NCBI GenBank assembly: GCA_002269645.1
Contig: NIVC01000822.1
Coordinates: 248,001 to 312,000, forward strand
Direction: 5' to 3'
Source: Macrostomum lignano
Lineage: Eukaryota
DNA length: 64,000 nucleotides
This document shows, piece by piece, positions 12,316 to 25,179 of this stretch (position 1 is its first letter; each line of letters opens with the position of its first letter). A program made the translations under genes and the position numbers. The notes below the pieces were generated by a model, which was not told the DNA's origin, did not search any database, and saw only the letters and a list, made by a program, of their open reading frames with translations.

Positions 12316-13756
12316 CATAGAATTCTATATTACTACTGGAAGTGAAGACTTCTTTTGACTTGATAAAAGGCGTACACAACCGGGCCGACTTGTTTTGCTA
12401 GGGCAGGCTTTATTTTAACCACTAAACTTTTTTATTGTTGGGGTCTCGGGGGTCAGGGGGGTATCGGGGTTTCGCACATCTATGGGCCAGCAAGTACATA
12501 CTAGCCGGGCCGGGCCTGGCCTCATTGGGGTTGAAATTGAGTGTACAAATCCAAGTTGCGCACATTTTGGAGCAGTGGCAAAAGCTGGTACATTAAATTT
12601 TCCTTGCCTTATGAATGATATAACGAAGCGCTCAGGCTTTGGCAAGACTTGAGCTTCCCCATCAAGAAAGTCAATTTTTTGCCAACCCATCGACAAAAGA
12701 ATCACTATCAGGGACGGACTTCATTCTTGCAGATTTTAACCACATCAAAGAATTATACGAGATGGAAAAAGAACGACCGTTGAAGCTGGCTCCAAAGCTA
12801 AACGCAAGTGTGATTGAACCTAAAAAAGCATCCAAAAAACGTCCCCAAAAATCGCACTGGCAGTTTTTTCTGAATCCACCGCAAGTGCACTTAAGTTTTA
12901 CTCATTAAATTATGCCAAACCGTGGTCTGGTACTGCACTTTTTGTTACTTCGATTGCTCGACTTTACCACGTTCTCAACGTTAAGACGAGTACAATCGGC
13001 AAGCACAAGCGAGACAACAGTAGAGACCCCATTAGGTCCGATATGGATTGGAAGTTGGCATATCTGAAAGATGTGGCGAGCTACGTGCGCGAGTGGAAGA
13101 CCTGTAAAAGCAAAGGCTTGAGTGACGAAACCTCTATGGCTCTTAGCCACACACTGGATGCGCTGATTGAAGCATGCAGGCACCTGTTGAACAGTCTCAT
13201 GTTTGAGTACGTTTTCTTAGGGTCGATGCAATCTGACCCACTTGAGGGCAGATTCGGATGGTATCGTCACCGGAAGGGACTGAACTACTACGTCTCATGT
13301 AAAGATGATGGTGAGAAGGCTGTTCGTTCTGTTTCGCTTCTAAAGTTTAGTTGTGTAGCACCTCCGGACATCCAGTCTCTTGCAACGGACAGAATTATTG
13401 ATAGTCCAGGAATCGAAGAGGAAGCTGAGCAAATAGTGAGCCTACTGAATATGTACCCGCCGATTCAAACATTACGTATTATGGACTCGGCGGCTTTCCG
13501 CCTTAGCGACTCCTGCGAGAAAGCTTGCGACAAACGGTGACCTGTAAGTTTTTATCTCTTGGTGAATATCATTATAATCGTTCGATATTTCTACTAGATA
13601 ACAGGTAAATTTCACTAAAATAATTAATAGGAATGAATTTTTTAAAAATTAGTATCACTTTCGTATTATTCAATATGAAGCAAGTTTTCAAGTCGGCCCG
13701 ATTGTGTACCTTCCCCAAAAAAGCCTTCACTTCCAGTAGTAATCTAGAATTCTATG
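12316..13756 (+). mobile_element. P-superfamily DNA transposon, internally deleted (1441 bp)
   Basis: 32-bp TIR CATAGAATTCTA(T/G)ATTACTACTGGAAGTGAAG (31/32). 7-bp TSD GCTGAGC (12309-12315, 13757-13763). 20-bp subterminal inverted repeat at 12373-12392 and 13689-13708 (19/20). Confidence 0.93.
12639..13540 (+). pseudogene. P-element/THAP9-like transposase, central and C-terminal fragments
   Basis: ADFNHIKELYEMEKERPLKLAPKL (GTP-binding insertion region). GLSDETSMALSHT...FEYVFLGSMQSDPLEGRFGWYR carries the catalytic E in a QSDPLExxFG motif. Frameshifted; no THAP domain. Confidence 0.88.
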
Positions 13757-14532
13757 GCTGAGCAGAAGGCTAAGCAGAAGCCGTACCAAGGCCAAGGCAG
13801 CAGCGAAATAGCAGCAATAGTTTTTCTGTAAATAGTGAATTGAATTCTTCAGTGTATGGGTCGTTCTCAAAATCAGGAATTACGCGATAAAACAAGAAAG
13901 AAAATTTTCGACCCTGAGCCAGCCTTTCATGCAAAACAAGCAACAGGGTAAACGTAGCTGTTGAAAGAAAAGTACTTTATTTATCATTCGAAACAGTGAA
14001 ATTGGTACGGTTGTCAAAGCAACTATCTACTGAGTCATTTTATCAATTTAATATTTCCATTTCTTCGATGTAACGCTAAGACGGTGTCATGTTTTGTGAA
14101 AAAATTCAATGGGAAAGAAACATCAGAAATAAACAATTTTGCACAGAAAGGAAGAAAAGAACATTAGAATTTGCTTCTTATTAAAGAATGACTGCTTAGT
14201 GATTTGTTCCTTGACTTAAACACAATCTTTCATCACTTAAACGCATGACTGTTCTAGTTACTAGCAGTTGAATTGTACAAATATATTGCTAGTTTTATAG
14301 GTGAAAGCAATGCATATGGCGTCTTTTGGCGTTTTTTTGTGCCTTATAATGTGATCTTTGTATTTGTGATTTTTTTATATGGATTAGTGCACCACAGTTG
14401 TTGCAATATTTTTTATACAATTAATTGCTACTAAGACAGGCACAAGCCAATAAACGTTGGGACCATAGTTTTGCAACACTGGAATAAGATAATGACCAAA
14501 AAAGCAGTAGAGTGGAGAACTGGGTGTCTTAC

Positions 14533-14890
14533 AGGAGCATTTTTGTGCTTTTTTAAATACATTGCCTCTGAGCCCCACAATTAAGCAAAGCATCTGAAAA
14601 ACATGCACTTTTGCATGTGTCAAAATGTTGGGACTGCCATCATGGGTCACTGAAAGAACTGATTGGGCCGAATTTTTTTGGAGAGTGTTAGACTAGATGT
14701 CTTATGGGAGCATTTTTTGCATTTTCAAATACATTGCCTCTGAGCCCCACAATTAAGTAAAACATCTGAAAAAAACATGCACTTTTGCATATGTCAAACC
14801 ATTGGGACTGCCATCATGGGTCACTAAAAGAACTGATTGGGCTGAATTTTTTGGAGAATGTTTTACTAGGTGTTGTGTAGGAGCATTAAT
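14533..14890. repeat. Tandem duplication, about 175-bp unit x2 plus a partial copy, inside the Sola2 5' region
   Basis: GGAGCATTTTT...AATACATTGCCTCTGAGCCCCACAATTAAG...GGGACTGCCATCATGGGTCACT recurs at about 14533 and 14707, and partly at about 14880. Confidence 0.85.
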
Positions 14891-15221
14891 TTTTTAAAAG
14901 AAAATATTGCATATAAGCTACAAAAAATATGTTAACAATTTAGAAACCAGGCAATACATACAAACTATAATTTATGAGTAAGGGATTCAGTAGCATTTTA
15001 AACTTAAAATTAAAATTGATGTTTTAAATTAGATATTAGATCTCAATGACTGAAAGAATATGAATCAAGTGGCTTTACTTGTAGAAATTGGTCCATCAAA
15101 AAAGTTTTGGCCATTTGGAAAATTTTACTTTAAAATGTGCAGTTTCTTGCAAAAAAATCCGGAATTTGGTGTCCCAATAAGCAAGTAGCTATTGGCATTA
15201 TTTAACTATACTATAGTATAA

Positions 15222-16110
15222 AACTATACGGCGAAGTACCACAAAGAGGTACAGGCGGCGCACTTTGGCGACAAGGATCAGGTGGTGCTTCATCAAGGCG
15301 TGGCCTACATGGCTGGACATCAACCTTGCTCATTCGCAACGGTATCAGGAGAGAGGAGTAAGACGGCGGAGGCCATCGCCGCTCATCTACAACCAGTCCT
15401 TCGCCACTTTAAGGAGAAGCACGATGTCGATAAGGACGCCCTTAGCCAAATGGACCAGATCGTCATCGTCTCTGATTCGCCATCCAGCAAGTATAGAAAT
15501 CGCAAGATGGTTTTCTTATTCGACCGCCTGATGAAGATCATGAGGGTGTCAAGCTGGCGTTGGATCTACACAGAGGCCGGACACTGCAAGGGTGCTGCGG
15601 ATGGAGCTGGAGCGGCTATCAAACGCCGCTGCGATGAAGTCGTGGCTAGCCGGCAGGACGTTGTAACACCTCAGGATGTTATGGAAGCCGTCAGATCGGG
15701 TAGCCCTCTGCACATACTCACATGGTTGGTTCAGCCAGAGGACATGAACTATTTCACAAGCATCATCACCTTCGTGGGTGAGGACCTCTGCGGCATGCCA
15801 GGCTCGAAGTCGATGCACGACGTCTCAAGGACTGATGGTGGGCCGATCACTTAACGTCAGCTGTCCTGCATGTGCCCTGGTACAGCAGTAGCCTGCCCAT
15901 GCCACGAGATGAAAGTGTGGGCGCCGCTGATGCTGCCGGAGGCGCCAGCTCCTGATACTGCAACGAGTGGACTCGGATGTGGGCGTGGAGGTGGACGTGG
16001 ACGCCGAGGTGGACGAGGACGCAGAGGTTGACGCCGAGGTGGACGAGGACGCGGAGGTGGACGTGGACGTGCAAGTGGTGATGAAAAGGCGCTGCTCCCT
16101 TATGACTTTT
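15222..16110 (+). pseudogene. Sola2 transposase, C-terminal half, ending in an RGG-rich low-complexity tail
   Basis: NYTAKYHKEVQAAHFG..QVVLHQGVAY is truncated just after the expected first D. Also SDSPSSKYRN, EAGHCKGAADGAGAAIKR, and MPGSKSMH...*RQLSCMC. GRGGGRGRRGGRGRRG repeats at about 15980-16070. Confidence 0.8.
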
Positions 16111-16294
16111 GCAACGAACCTTAGGTAGCTCATCTCATCTCTCTAACTATCCTATATATCCTATATACTAAAAATGAAATCCTATCCTAATTGTACGTGC
16201 TATATACCATTAAAGTAGGGGTTGATTTGCTCACATATATATATATTAAATAAAGTTAGGCGCAAATAGTACAAGTAAGGTAAACCATTCGTAT

Positions 16295-17159
16295 TTAAAT
16301 CCGAATGCGGAACGAGGCCTCCATCGGCTGCGGCAGAGACAAGGGAGTTGGCTTCCTTGGATTCGGCATCTCCAGCGGCGTTGAGGTGGGCGGTGCAGCA
16401 GGCTCCGCTGTTGCAGCAGGATGGACTGCGGCAGCGAGCTGTTGTATTAGCTGTTGGTTCTGCTGCATCTTCGCGGTCATCAATGCGTTGACATGGATGT
16501 CAGGAGTTGTCGGGGTGAGGGTGGCAGCAGTGACCGGCGCAGTAGGAGTAGCAGCCAGTTGTTGTGGGCCCCGGTCGGTCCCGGCGAGGTCGTAGCGGTC
16601 GTTAAAGTTGGGTGTCAAAGAGGCATCAGGACCAGTGGGGGCTCCAGAACTAGTGCCAGCGGTGGCAGCAACAGCGGTCGGAGTGGGCGGCATGGTATGC
16701 GCCAGAGCAGTAGTGGTTGCAGAAGTGGAGGTGGTGTCGCCGGCATCCATCGAACGCATAATAACCATGAATTATTTGAAGAGTTGTGAACGCTCTGCTA
16801 CCAAATTTGTCGCTTGGACAACAAACTAATGAGCAGTTAGTAGATGGAGTGTGTTTCGTGGCAGTGGAAGCAAAAGGTAAAGCAGAAAGAAAGGAACATG
16901 GACGCGCTTGAGGGGAGCAAAGCTAAGAGAAACCTGTAACGGAGAGGAGGTCTTGTACATAGATATAAAAGTGGTAAACGCAAAGGATGAGGTCACTATT
17001 GCTGGAATTGCTTGGCTAAACGGTAGGGATGAGGTCATAGACAATAAATAAGGTTAGCTGCAACTAATTAATGTGTTAAAGGGACTAAAAGTACATGAAA
17101 ACGTAAGACGAAGGTGAAGGCCCAAAAGAGGCAAAGTATTGGAGGATTATAATCCGACA
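16295..17159 (-). mobile_element. 5' fragment of a second LTR retrotransposon (352-bp LTR, iMet PBS and start of gag) nested in the Sola2 element
   Basis: LTR 16808-17159 has TGTCG...CGACA termini. Minus-strand TGGTAGCAGAG PBS at 16793-16803 is complementary to the initiator tRNA-Met 3' end. The A/T/P-rich ORF 16295-16768 starts immediately after it. Confidence 0.8.
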
Positions 17160-18807
17160 CCCATGATGTCAAAACTCGGTCCATCACATCCTGTTACATT
17201 TCTTTAAACTAGTGTTAAATGCACACTATGTTTAAAATACTATCATTCTTCATGCACTATTTTTATTGATTCAGGGGCAGTCAAGTCCAAGCATGACTGT
17301 TTCGATAGCTTCATAATATAGTTCCTTCATGCCTACATATACAGATAAATGTTTTTTAATTTACCCATTTCATCAAATTGTTTTCAGTTGTTTTTGTCCT
17401 GCAGTAACGTTTGTAAATCCTTTTGGATTGTAATACTTTAGCATAAACCAGTCAGTATACATGTACTTTTTAAATTTCTTATAGTTTAATAATATTGTAT
17501 CCATTCATAGCAGAATAGAGTATATAGCTGTTTGCAAGACTACATTTCTTGCAAGAATAAAAAATATAAGACAAGAAAATGTCTTATTTATAATAAATAA
17601 TCACATTTAGAGTCAAACATAGATAATTCTACAGAATATCAGGCTGCATTCATATGTACCATATATTAAGATGTTCAAACTCCAATATTCCATGCATATT
17701 TACAATGCAACAAAGCTTTTTGCAATCATATTTCATTTCTGTGCTTGATTTGTTTTGTCTCTTCTTTCCAGTTTTTGCATCTTCTTGCACTTTTTGAGAC
17801 TATACTCGTACACAATGCACACGAATTTTCTCAGCTCTTTATATGCCATGTGTGCTATATTTAAACTGCCTTTGTAATTTCGTAACTATACTTACTATAA
17901 AGCTTCTCTATTATACACTACACTCATGCTTTAATTTTTGCTGTAGATGTATAAATATATTCTTTTTCCGTCTGAAGCAGACTTCTGAGTTAAAATATGA
18001 GTACATATAGATCGTCCGATAGATTTTTGAATCATCCAAAAGGATAATGTGATACATAAACTTTGCAATCATTCTTGAAACCACAGATATGAATTAGCGC
18101 CTAGCGGGATACTAAATTTCGCGCATAAATGCACATATCAGTCGTTCACGCTAATAAATGTAGCTAACAATTTTCAGATAATGTTTTGAATTACTATATT
18201 TGCGTTTTTCAATGCAATGCGCGTTGTAATTAATTTGTAAATAGAAAGAAAATGTCCCGAACAAAGCAATGTAATACTTGAGTTAGTACCAGGCTGTTGC
18301 GCGACGCATGAATTGTTCAAAGTTAAACGAATGCGTATCATAGGTATACAGTCATATTATAACAAAATATGTTCATTTAAGGGTTCGGCGCTGCTTAAAC
18401 AGAAAATTAATTAAATGAAATGATCTATTTTAAAATAATAAATTAGTCTATAGACTTTGACGATGATATGCTGGTGTATTTCTAGTTTTCGTGCAATAAA
18501 ATAATTCCGATAATAATATTTAAACAAAGCGGCATTTCATGCTGTCCTGACATTTTGTTGTGGTTTACGACACAAAATACGTTTGTTGCATCTATATTGT
18601 GTTCTTAGGTAAAGATTGCGTCACGAATTTTTAAAGAAAAAAAACGGAAGCATAAGCAGTGCCTGATTTTGAGAACGACCCGTATAACAGTATGCATGCG
18701 CAACTATTTAATCAATCATTTAATCAGCCAATTACTTATTCTTAGCACTTTTCACACGCACCACAGCAGCAAACTTGTTCTAGTAAGCAGCAAATGAAAC
18801 CACAAAA

Positions 18808-19128
18808 TTGAGTGAATCAACTAAAAAACAAAATTACGATCCGTATATAACTGGCAGCATTCTAAATAAGGAGGTAGTTTACTTATTAGACACTGGAAGC
18901 AATAGGAACATTCTAGGACGCGAAAACTGGAAGCATCTTTTCACTGGCAAGAATATTCACTTAATTAGGCGGTGGAACAATATAATCGTATCATTCACGG
19001 AAGAGCTAATTCTAATTAAGGGTTCCGTAGTTATTAAGGCGATATTTGGTGATTTCGAAGAAGAAATCGAGTTTCTCTCATGTGACGCAGACGTAAACAA
19101 TGTAATAGGTGTGACGTTTGTCCAAAAA
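18808..19128 (+). pseudogene. pol: Gypsy aspartic protease (interrupted by the Helitron; resumes at 27437)
   Basis: YITGSILNKEVVYLLDTGSNRNIL (DTG motif)...NVIGVTFVQK, joining in frame to YCTIIDFEARML at 27437. Confidence 0.88.
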
Positions 19129-19493
19129 TCTAATATACTAAAGTTGAGTTTGTTTGTTTGTTTGTTTGCTTGTAACAGAAAATCTTGCGAACGGAATGAC
19201 CGATTTTCTCCGTTTTTGCACCATTAGATGGCAAATTGTCCGGAATCGGTACACGTATTTTTAATAAGCTATCCAAATTAAAGAGGCCTCTCAATTGTCA
19301 GAAAACAGGTTTTTGCCCATCTCGCTAATGTATTTTTTCGGCAGTGAGAGCTTGCAAACGGTTTTGGCCATAGATTATAATGCTAATAGCTGTAGGCTGC
19401 TTGGTTTTTATGTAGCCCACTGCTTCCTTTCCTTCTTTCTTTTCTTTGGTTTTTGAACCCTCTAATAGTGCTTTATCTATTTAGCCCCACTGT

Positions 19494-22400
19494 ATGATGG
19501 TGCGCCATGGCGCAAGCCATTTGAAGAGAAGCCGTGACGCAAAGAAAAGACGACTGGCCGAGTCTGCTGGAGAGCGCGATGCCCGTCTGGAAGAGCAGCG
19601 GCGGCGAGACGCCGAGCGCCGCGCTGTTGAAGACGAGGCTGAGCGGTTTGCCCGTCTGGAGGAACAGCGGCAGAGACAGGCTGAATGTCGCGTTGCTGAA
19701 GACGAGGCTGAGCGGATTGCCCGTCTGGAGGAACAGCGGCAGAGACAGGCTGAGTGTCGCGTTGCTGAAGACGAGGCTGAGCGGATTGCCCGTCTGGAGG
19801 AACAGCGGCAGAGACAGGCTTTGTTTCGCGCTGCTGAAGACGAGGCTGAGCGGATTGCCCGTCTGGAGGAACAGCGGCAGAGACAGGCTGAGTTTCGCGC
19901 TGCTGAGGACGAGGCTGAGCGGATTACCCGTCTGGAAGAGCAGCGGCAGAGACAGGCTGATTGTCGGCGCGGTGAATCTGTCACCAGGTTACCTTGTGTC
20001 GAATCTATTGTGCCCTTTAGTCAGTTGCAGGTCAATACCACCATTGGCGTTGGCAACTGCTTTTTTTATGCCGTGTGCGACCAGCTACGTGGCACACCGC
20101 ATGAAACCGATGCCGCTACCCTTCGGCACGAGTTGGCCTGTCGTGCAGTTGAACTTTTGCCACAGTTGGTCGCGAATGGCATCATCGCGCCTGATTGCGC
20201 CGATGAGATTGCGAATTCCTCCTTTCAGGAAGGGGTTTATATTTCAGACGAAGTGGCAGCTCTATTTAGTAGCTGCTTTGACATGGACCTGGTGATTTAC
20301 CAGTCCAATGGTAATGTGCTGCAATATTTCAAGTGTGACAAGCAGCCTCCCAATGCCACTGTGCGTGTGCTCTTGAGTCACGAGCACTACGAGTCGCTCA
20401 GACTTCGACCGTCTCTGCAAGCTTCTTCAGGTGCAGAGTGTCCCAGGCCAATGGCAAGCGGCTCAAAGGCAGTGCCAGTTGACATCCACAGCTCATGTGC
20501 CGACATTGGAGCATCGGGTGATCATCGGTGAGTCTTCTTCATTTGTCTTTTTGATTTGAACTGCTGTCCTCACAACATGTCTTATTCCACTGTACTCACA
20601 GGCGTGCCGAGCCATTGCTGCCAGAGGCCCCGGCTCACCAGTGTGGACCAATGAACAACGCCTGCAATGACTGTGGCGCATTGTTTTGGGCCAAAGAGAC
20701 GCGCAATTTCTGCTGCGCCAAGGGCAAGGTGAAGCTGCCCACCCGTACGATGCCGCAGGTCTTGGCAGATCTTTACACGGGGCAGCACCGACTCAGTGCA
20801 GAGTTCCTGGCCCACATCAGGAGCTACAATGCGGTGCTGCACCTCACATATCTGGGTGTGAAGCTCAGAATGGTGCCTGGCTATAGTCCCAGCTTCATCA
20901 TCAGCGGCCAGCTGCATCACAATATGGGGCCGCTGCTTGCCGACCCCTCAGCCGAGCCGCATGGCTGGCAGGTGTATTTTACTGACCGCGAATTGGAGAG
21001 CCGCCTGAGCCTCAGTCAGAGAGTGAAGCCGGAGCTGCTAAAGCTGCTGCAAACTCTGCTGCATCAATCCAACGGCTACGTGCAAAGCCTTCGAGCTGCT
21101 GTTCAGCGAATCAGTGGCGACCCTGAGCTGGGAGATGCGCGAATTGTGATTCACCCGGACCGAAGACCAGCAGGGGAACACATTCGGTGAGTTTGTGGTG
21201 TCAAAATAAACTATGATGTATATATTGTTTATATACATGATACAATATATAAAAATATAAAAATATAAAAATATGATTTTTCCTCAGGCGCTACAATCTT
21301 CCTATGGCCAATGAGGTTGGCATTCTTATCGTTGGTGGCACAGAGGACGCAACGACAAATCGTGACGTTGTGATCCGACTGCGTGGTGGCCAAGTCCAGC
21401 GCATAGCCGAGACGCACCGGTCCTATGACCCTCTGGAGTACGTGCTGCTGTTCCCCAATGGCGAGGACGGCTGGCACCCGGAGCTGAAGATGGCGAATGG
21501 GCGGAAGCTGACGCCCATGAAGTACTACGCCAGCGAAATCATGGTGCGAGCTGGCCAGTTCAATGTGCTGCACCACGGCAGGCGTCTGTTCCAGCAGTAC
21601 CTGGTGGACATGGCTGCCAAGATCGAGTCCGAGAGGCTGCTGTACCTGCGGACTCATCAGGAGGACCTGCGCAGCGAGACTTACAGCGGCCTGAGAGACG
21701 CCCTGTTTGCTGCTGATGGCAGGCACACTGAAGCCGATCCCAATGAGATTGGTAAGCCTGCTCATGTGTATCTGTCCTCCAGTTTTGTTGGTGGACCCAG
21801 GTACCTGATGGAGAGGCTGCAGGACGCAATGTCCTACGTGCACAAGTTTGGTAAGCCAGACCTGTTTGTCACGGCCACGTGCAACCCGAAGTGGCCAGAG
21901 ATTACGGTGCAGCTGCTGCCTGGTCAGCGGCCTGAAGACCGTCCGGACATTGTGACCCGGGTGTTTGAATTAAAGAAAAAAGCTCTGATTGAAGAGCTCA
22001 GGAAGCGCTTTGGCAAGGAAGCTGCGCATGTCTGCTCACTGGAGTACCAGAAGCGCGGTGAGTTGATCCGTTTTCTCTGTGATGAACTGCAAAAAGTAAT
22101 GTCTTATAATTAATGTCTTTTGTCTCATGATTAATTATAAGACATTACTTAATTATAAAACATACAACACAGGCCTTCCCCATGTGCACTTTCTGCTGTG
22201 GCTGGCAAACGGAAGTCGAGTCACTCCGGATCGCTACGATGCCATCGTGTCTGCGGAGATCCCAGACCCACAGCGGCAGCCAGTGCTGTACGAGCTGGTC
22301 AAGATCCACATGATCCACGGACCGTGTGGCGAGCTGAACCCGGCCTGCCCTTGCATGGAGAACGGCAAGTGCAGCAAGGCCTTCCCGAAGGACTTTCAGC

Positions 22401-25179
22401 CGGAGACGCTGACCAGCGACACCGGGTACCCGTTCTACAGGAGGCGCTCTCCTGAGATGGGAGGCTTCACGGTGGACAAACTGTTCAAGGGCCGCAGCAT
22501 CCGAATGGACAACAGGTGAGTCTGCAGATGCTTAGCCATAGCATTTCTGTACTTCCTATCTTTCCTATCTTCTTCTTCTTCTTCTTTCTCTAGGTGGGTT
22601 GTGCCATACAACCCTGACCTGCTGCTCCAGTTCGCATGCCACTTGAACGTTGAAGTTTGTGCCACCGTCAAGTCTGTCAAGTACGTAATCAAGTATTTGA
22701 TGAAAAGTGGCGATATGGCTGTTTTCAAAGTTGCCGACGCTGGAGCCACTGAAGCTCAGCCTGTCAAACAGCTAGAGAAGCCACGTGACGAAATCTCAGA
22801 GTACCTGTCTGCACGCTACATTGGCCCAATGGAAGCTGTAAACACCATCTTGGCCTTTGAGGTGAGTAATCAGTTGTGATTACCTGTTTTATCTTATTTC
22901 CAATGACACGATCCTTAACATCTTAACACCCAGGTGCACAACAGGTACCCGGCGGTCATCAGACTCTGCGTGCACAAGTCTGAAGAGCAGCTTGTGTATT
23001 TCAACGAGCGGACCGCCAGCGCCAAAGCCAAGGCGCCCAGAGATTCGACACTGACGGCCTTCTTCAAGCTGTGCCGCACTGACGAGTTTGCTCGGCGTCT
23101 ACTCTACAACGAGGTGGCCTCCTACTTTGTGTGGCATCCGAGTGCAAGAGAGTGGCGTCGGGCAAAGCAGGGCGCCGATGTCGAAGGGCATCCTGGCGTA
23201 AAGCGCAATTCAAACATATCTCGCATGTACACAGTTAGTCCTAGAGCAGGTTCTACCTGCGACTGCTGCTGCTGCACGTGCGAGGACCGACCAGCTTCGA
23301 GTCGTTGCAGACCGTGGCCGGTGTTCATTTCGTCAGCGCCAAGGCTGCCTGCATGGCTCTCGGCCTGCTGCAACGCGATGACCACTGGCACCACTGCCTG
23401 ACTGAGGCTGTCCAGAGCCGAATGCCGCGAGCTCTGAGGCACCTGCTGGCTGTCGTCCTCATCTGGGGAGAGCCAGACGATGGCGCCAACCTGTGGAGCA
23501 GCTTTGCAGAGGATCTCTGCGAAGACCTGCGATTCCACAACCCGGACCTGAGCGCCGAGGAAGTCAGCGACTTGGCTCTGCGAGAGCTGCAGAGCATGCT
23601 GACGTCAATGGGCGGCAGCAGTCTGCCAGAATACGGACTTCCTGCTGCCTCCGCTATGCCGCAAGTCGGGCCGCAGCAGTTCGACACGGTCGAGCAGGCG
23701 GAGATCACAGAGCCGCGGCTGCCAATGCTGACGGCTGAGCAGCGGGTCATCTATGAGGCCGTGACTGAGGATATTTACAATGGCTCAGGTGGGCTGCATT
23801 TCCTTGACGCTCCCGCAGGCACCGGCAAGACCTTCTTGCTTGAGGTTCTGCTGGCGTTTGTGCGTAGTCGAGGGGAAGTCGCACTCGCCGTTGCGTCGTC
23901 TGGCATCGCAGCCACCCTGCTGCCGGGTGGACAGACGGCGCATTCGACATTCAAGATCCCAGTGCGGCTGGTTCGCACCGACAAGGACGTGTGTTCTGTC
24001 CGAGCCCAATTAAGACAGGCCGCAGTGTTTCGCACCGTGCGGCTTATAGTCTGGGATGAAATCTCCATGACGAATCGGAAGGATCTGGAGGCTGTCGACC
24101 GCAGTCTCCGAGACCTACGGAAGCAAGACCGTCCATTCGGCGGCATCGTTTTGGTCTGCGCTGGAGACTTTCGCCAGTTGCTGCCGGTGGTGCAGAATGG
24201 CACCAGGGCAAACAACATTTTAGCTTGTGTAAGCAAATCTAATCTGTGGCCTTTATTCCACAGGCACAGACTTTCTAAGAACATCCGGCTCCAACGCTGT
24301 GCTGATGCTGAGCTGTACAATCGCTATATGCAACTGCTCATGCAGGTGAATATTTCTCTTGCTGCTTATATGAGCGTGGAAACATGAGATTCTCATGCAT
24401 TTTCTGCACATCCCGCACAGATCGGCTCAGGGCCGGCTGATCAGTCGGATGACACAGTCCGCCTTCCTGCCGAGATCGTCATTCCGGCAGAGGCGCCGCT
24501 CTCCGCGCTGATCCAGTTCGTGCACCCTTCGTTCGAGGCGTCAGCGGAGCGTGACGGCTACTTTTCAAGCCGGGCAATCCAGGCGCCCTACAACGATGCG
24601 GTTGACGCGATCAACAGCGAGTGCCTGGCAATGTTCCCAGGCCAACTGCGAGAGTATCGCTCAGTGGACAGCGTGGCTGACGAGGAAGCGGCCACGCACT
24701 TTCCTCCGGAGCTGCTGAACCAGCTGGATGCTCCGAACTTTCCTACTCACCTGCTTAAGCTCAAGGTGGGCATGCCGCTGGTTCTGCTGCGGAATCTGAA
24801 TCCGCCAAGGCTGTGCAACGGCACCTGGCTGATCATCCTGGAGCTGGGCGAGAACGTGCTGCGCTGCAAGGTCGCTGCCGGCCAGTTCTCTGGTGATGAA
24901 ATCTTACTGCCGAGGATTCCGCTGCAGCCCAACAATGCTGACCTGCCAGTCTGCTTCAAGCGGCTGCAGTTCCCAGTTAAGCCGAGCTTTTGCCTGACGA
25001 TCCACAAGTCACAGGGCCAGTCGCTCGACGCCGTGGGCATCGACCTGGCTGTCGGCTGTTTTGCGCACGGCCAGCTGTACACTGCGCTGTCGCGAGCAAA
25101 GAATGCGGCCAATGTACGGGTCCGAATCTCTGGAGATAAGACGAGAAATGTCGTGTACCCTGAAGTGCTGACTGTTTGA
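19494..25179 (+). CDS. Helitron RepHel: 23-aa repeats, OTU-like protease, Zn motif, HUH Rep and PIF1 helicase; 7 exons, about 1725 aa, one frameshift near 23250
   Basis: Exons 19494-20527, 20602-21186, 21288-22057, 22173-22515, 22594-22861, 22934-24345 and 24421-25179; all six GT-AG introns join in frame. Rep motifs RRYNLP, PDLFVTATCNPKWPEI, EYQKRGLPHVH, DNRWVVPYNP, KYVIKYLMK. Helicase motifs DAPAGTGKT, IVWDEISM, GDFRQLLPV, LCNGT, TIHKSQGQSL, GQLYTALSR. Confidence 0.93.
19557..19965 (+). repeat. 69-bp coding tandem repeat x6 (23-aa STPR-like unit) in RepHel exon 1
   Basis: AGAGACAGGC recurs at 19741 and 19810 (period 69). The unit translates as EDEAERIARLEEQRQRQAECRVA. Confidence 0.95.

Larger units (their letters stand above)
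13858..18681 (+). mobile_element. Sola2-type DNA transposon (4824 bp)
   Basis: Perfect 20-bp TIR GGGTCGTTCTCAAAATCAGG and 4-bp TSD GTAT (13854-13857, 18682-18685). GRG termini with a 4-bp TSD fit Sola2. Matching transposase fragment inside. Confidence 0.88.

Noticed and set aside
19557-19965. CRISPR-like or non-coding repeat array
   Set aside because: Contiguous 69-bp units with no unique spacers, in frame within a eukaryotic spliced ORF. The antisense and alternate-frame ORFs here (19481-19984, 19534-20295) are by-products of the repeat.
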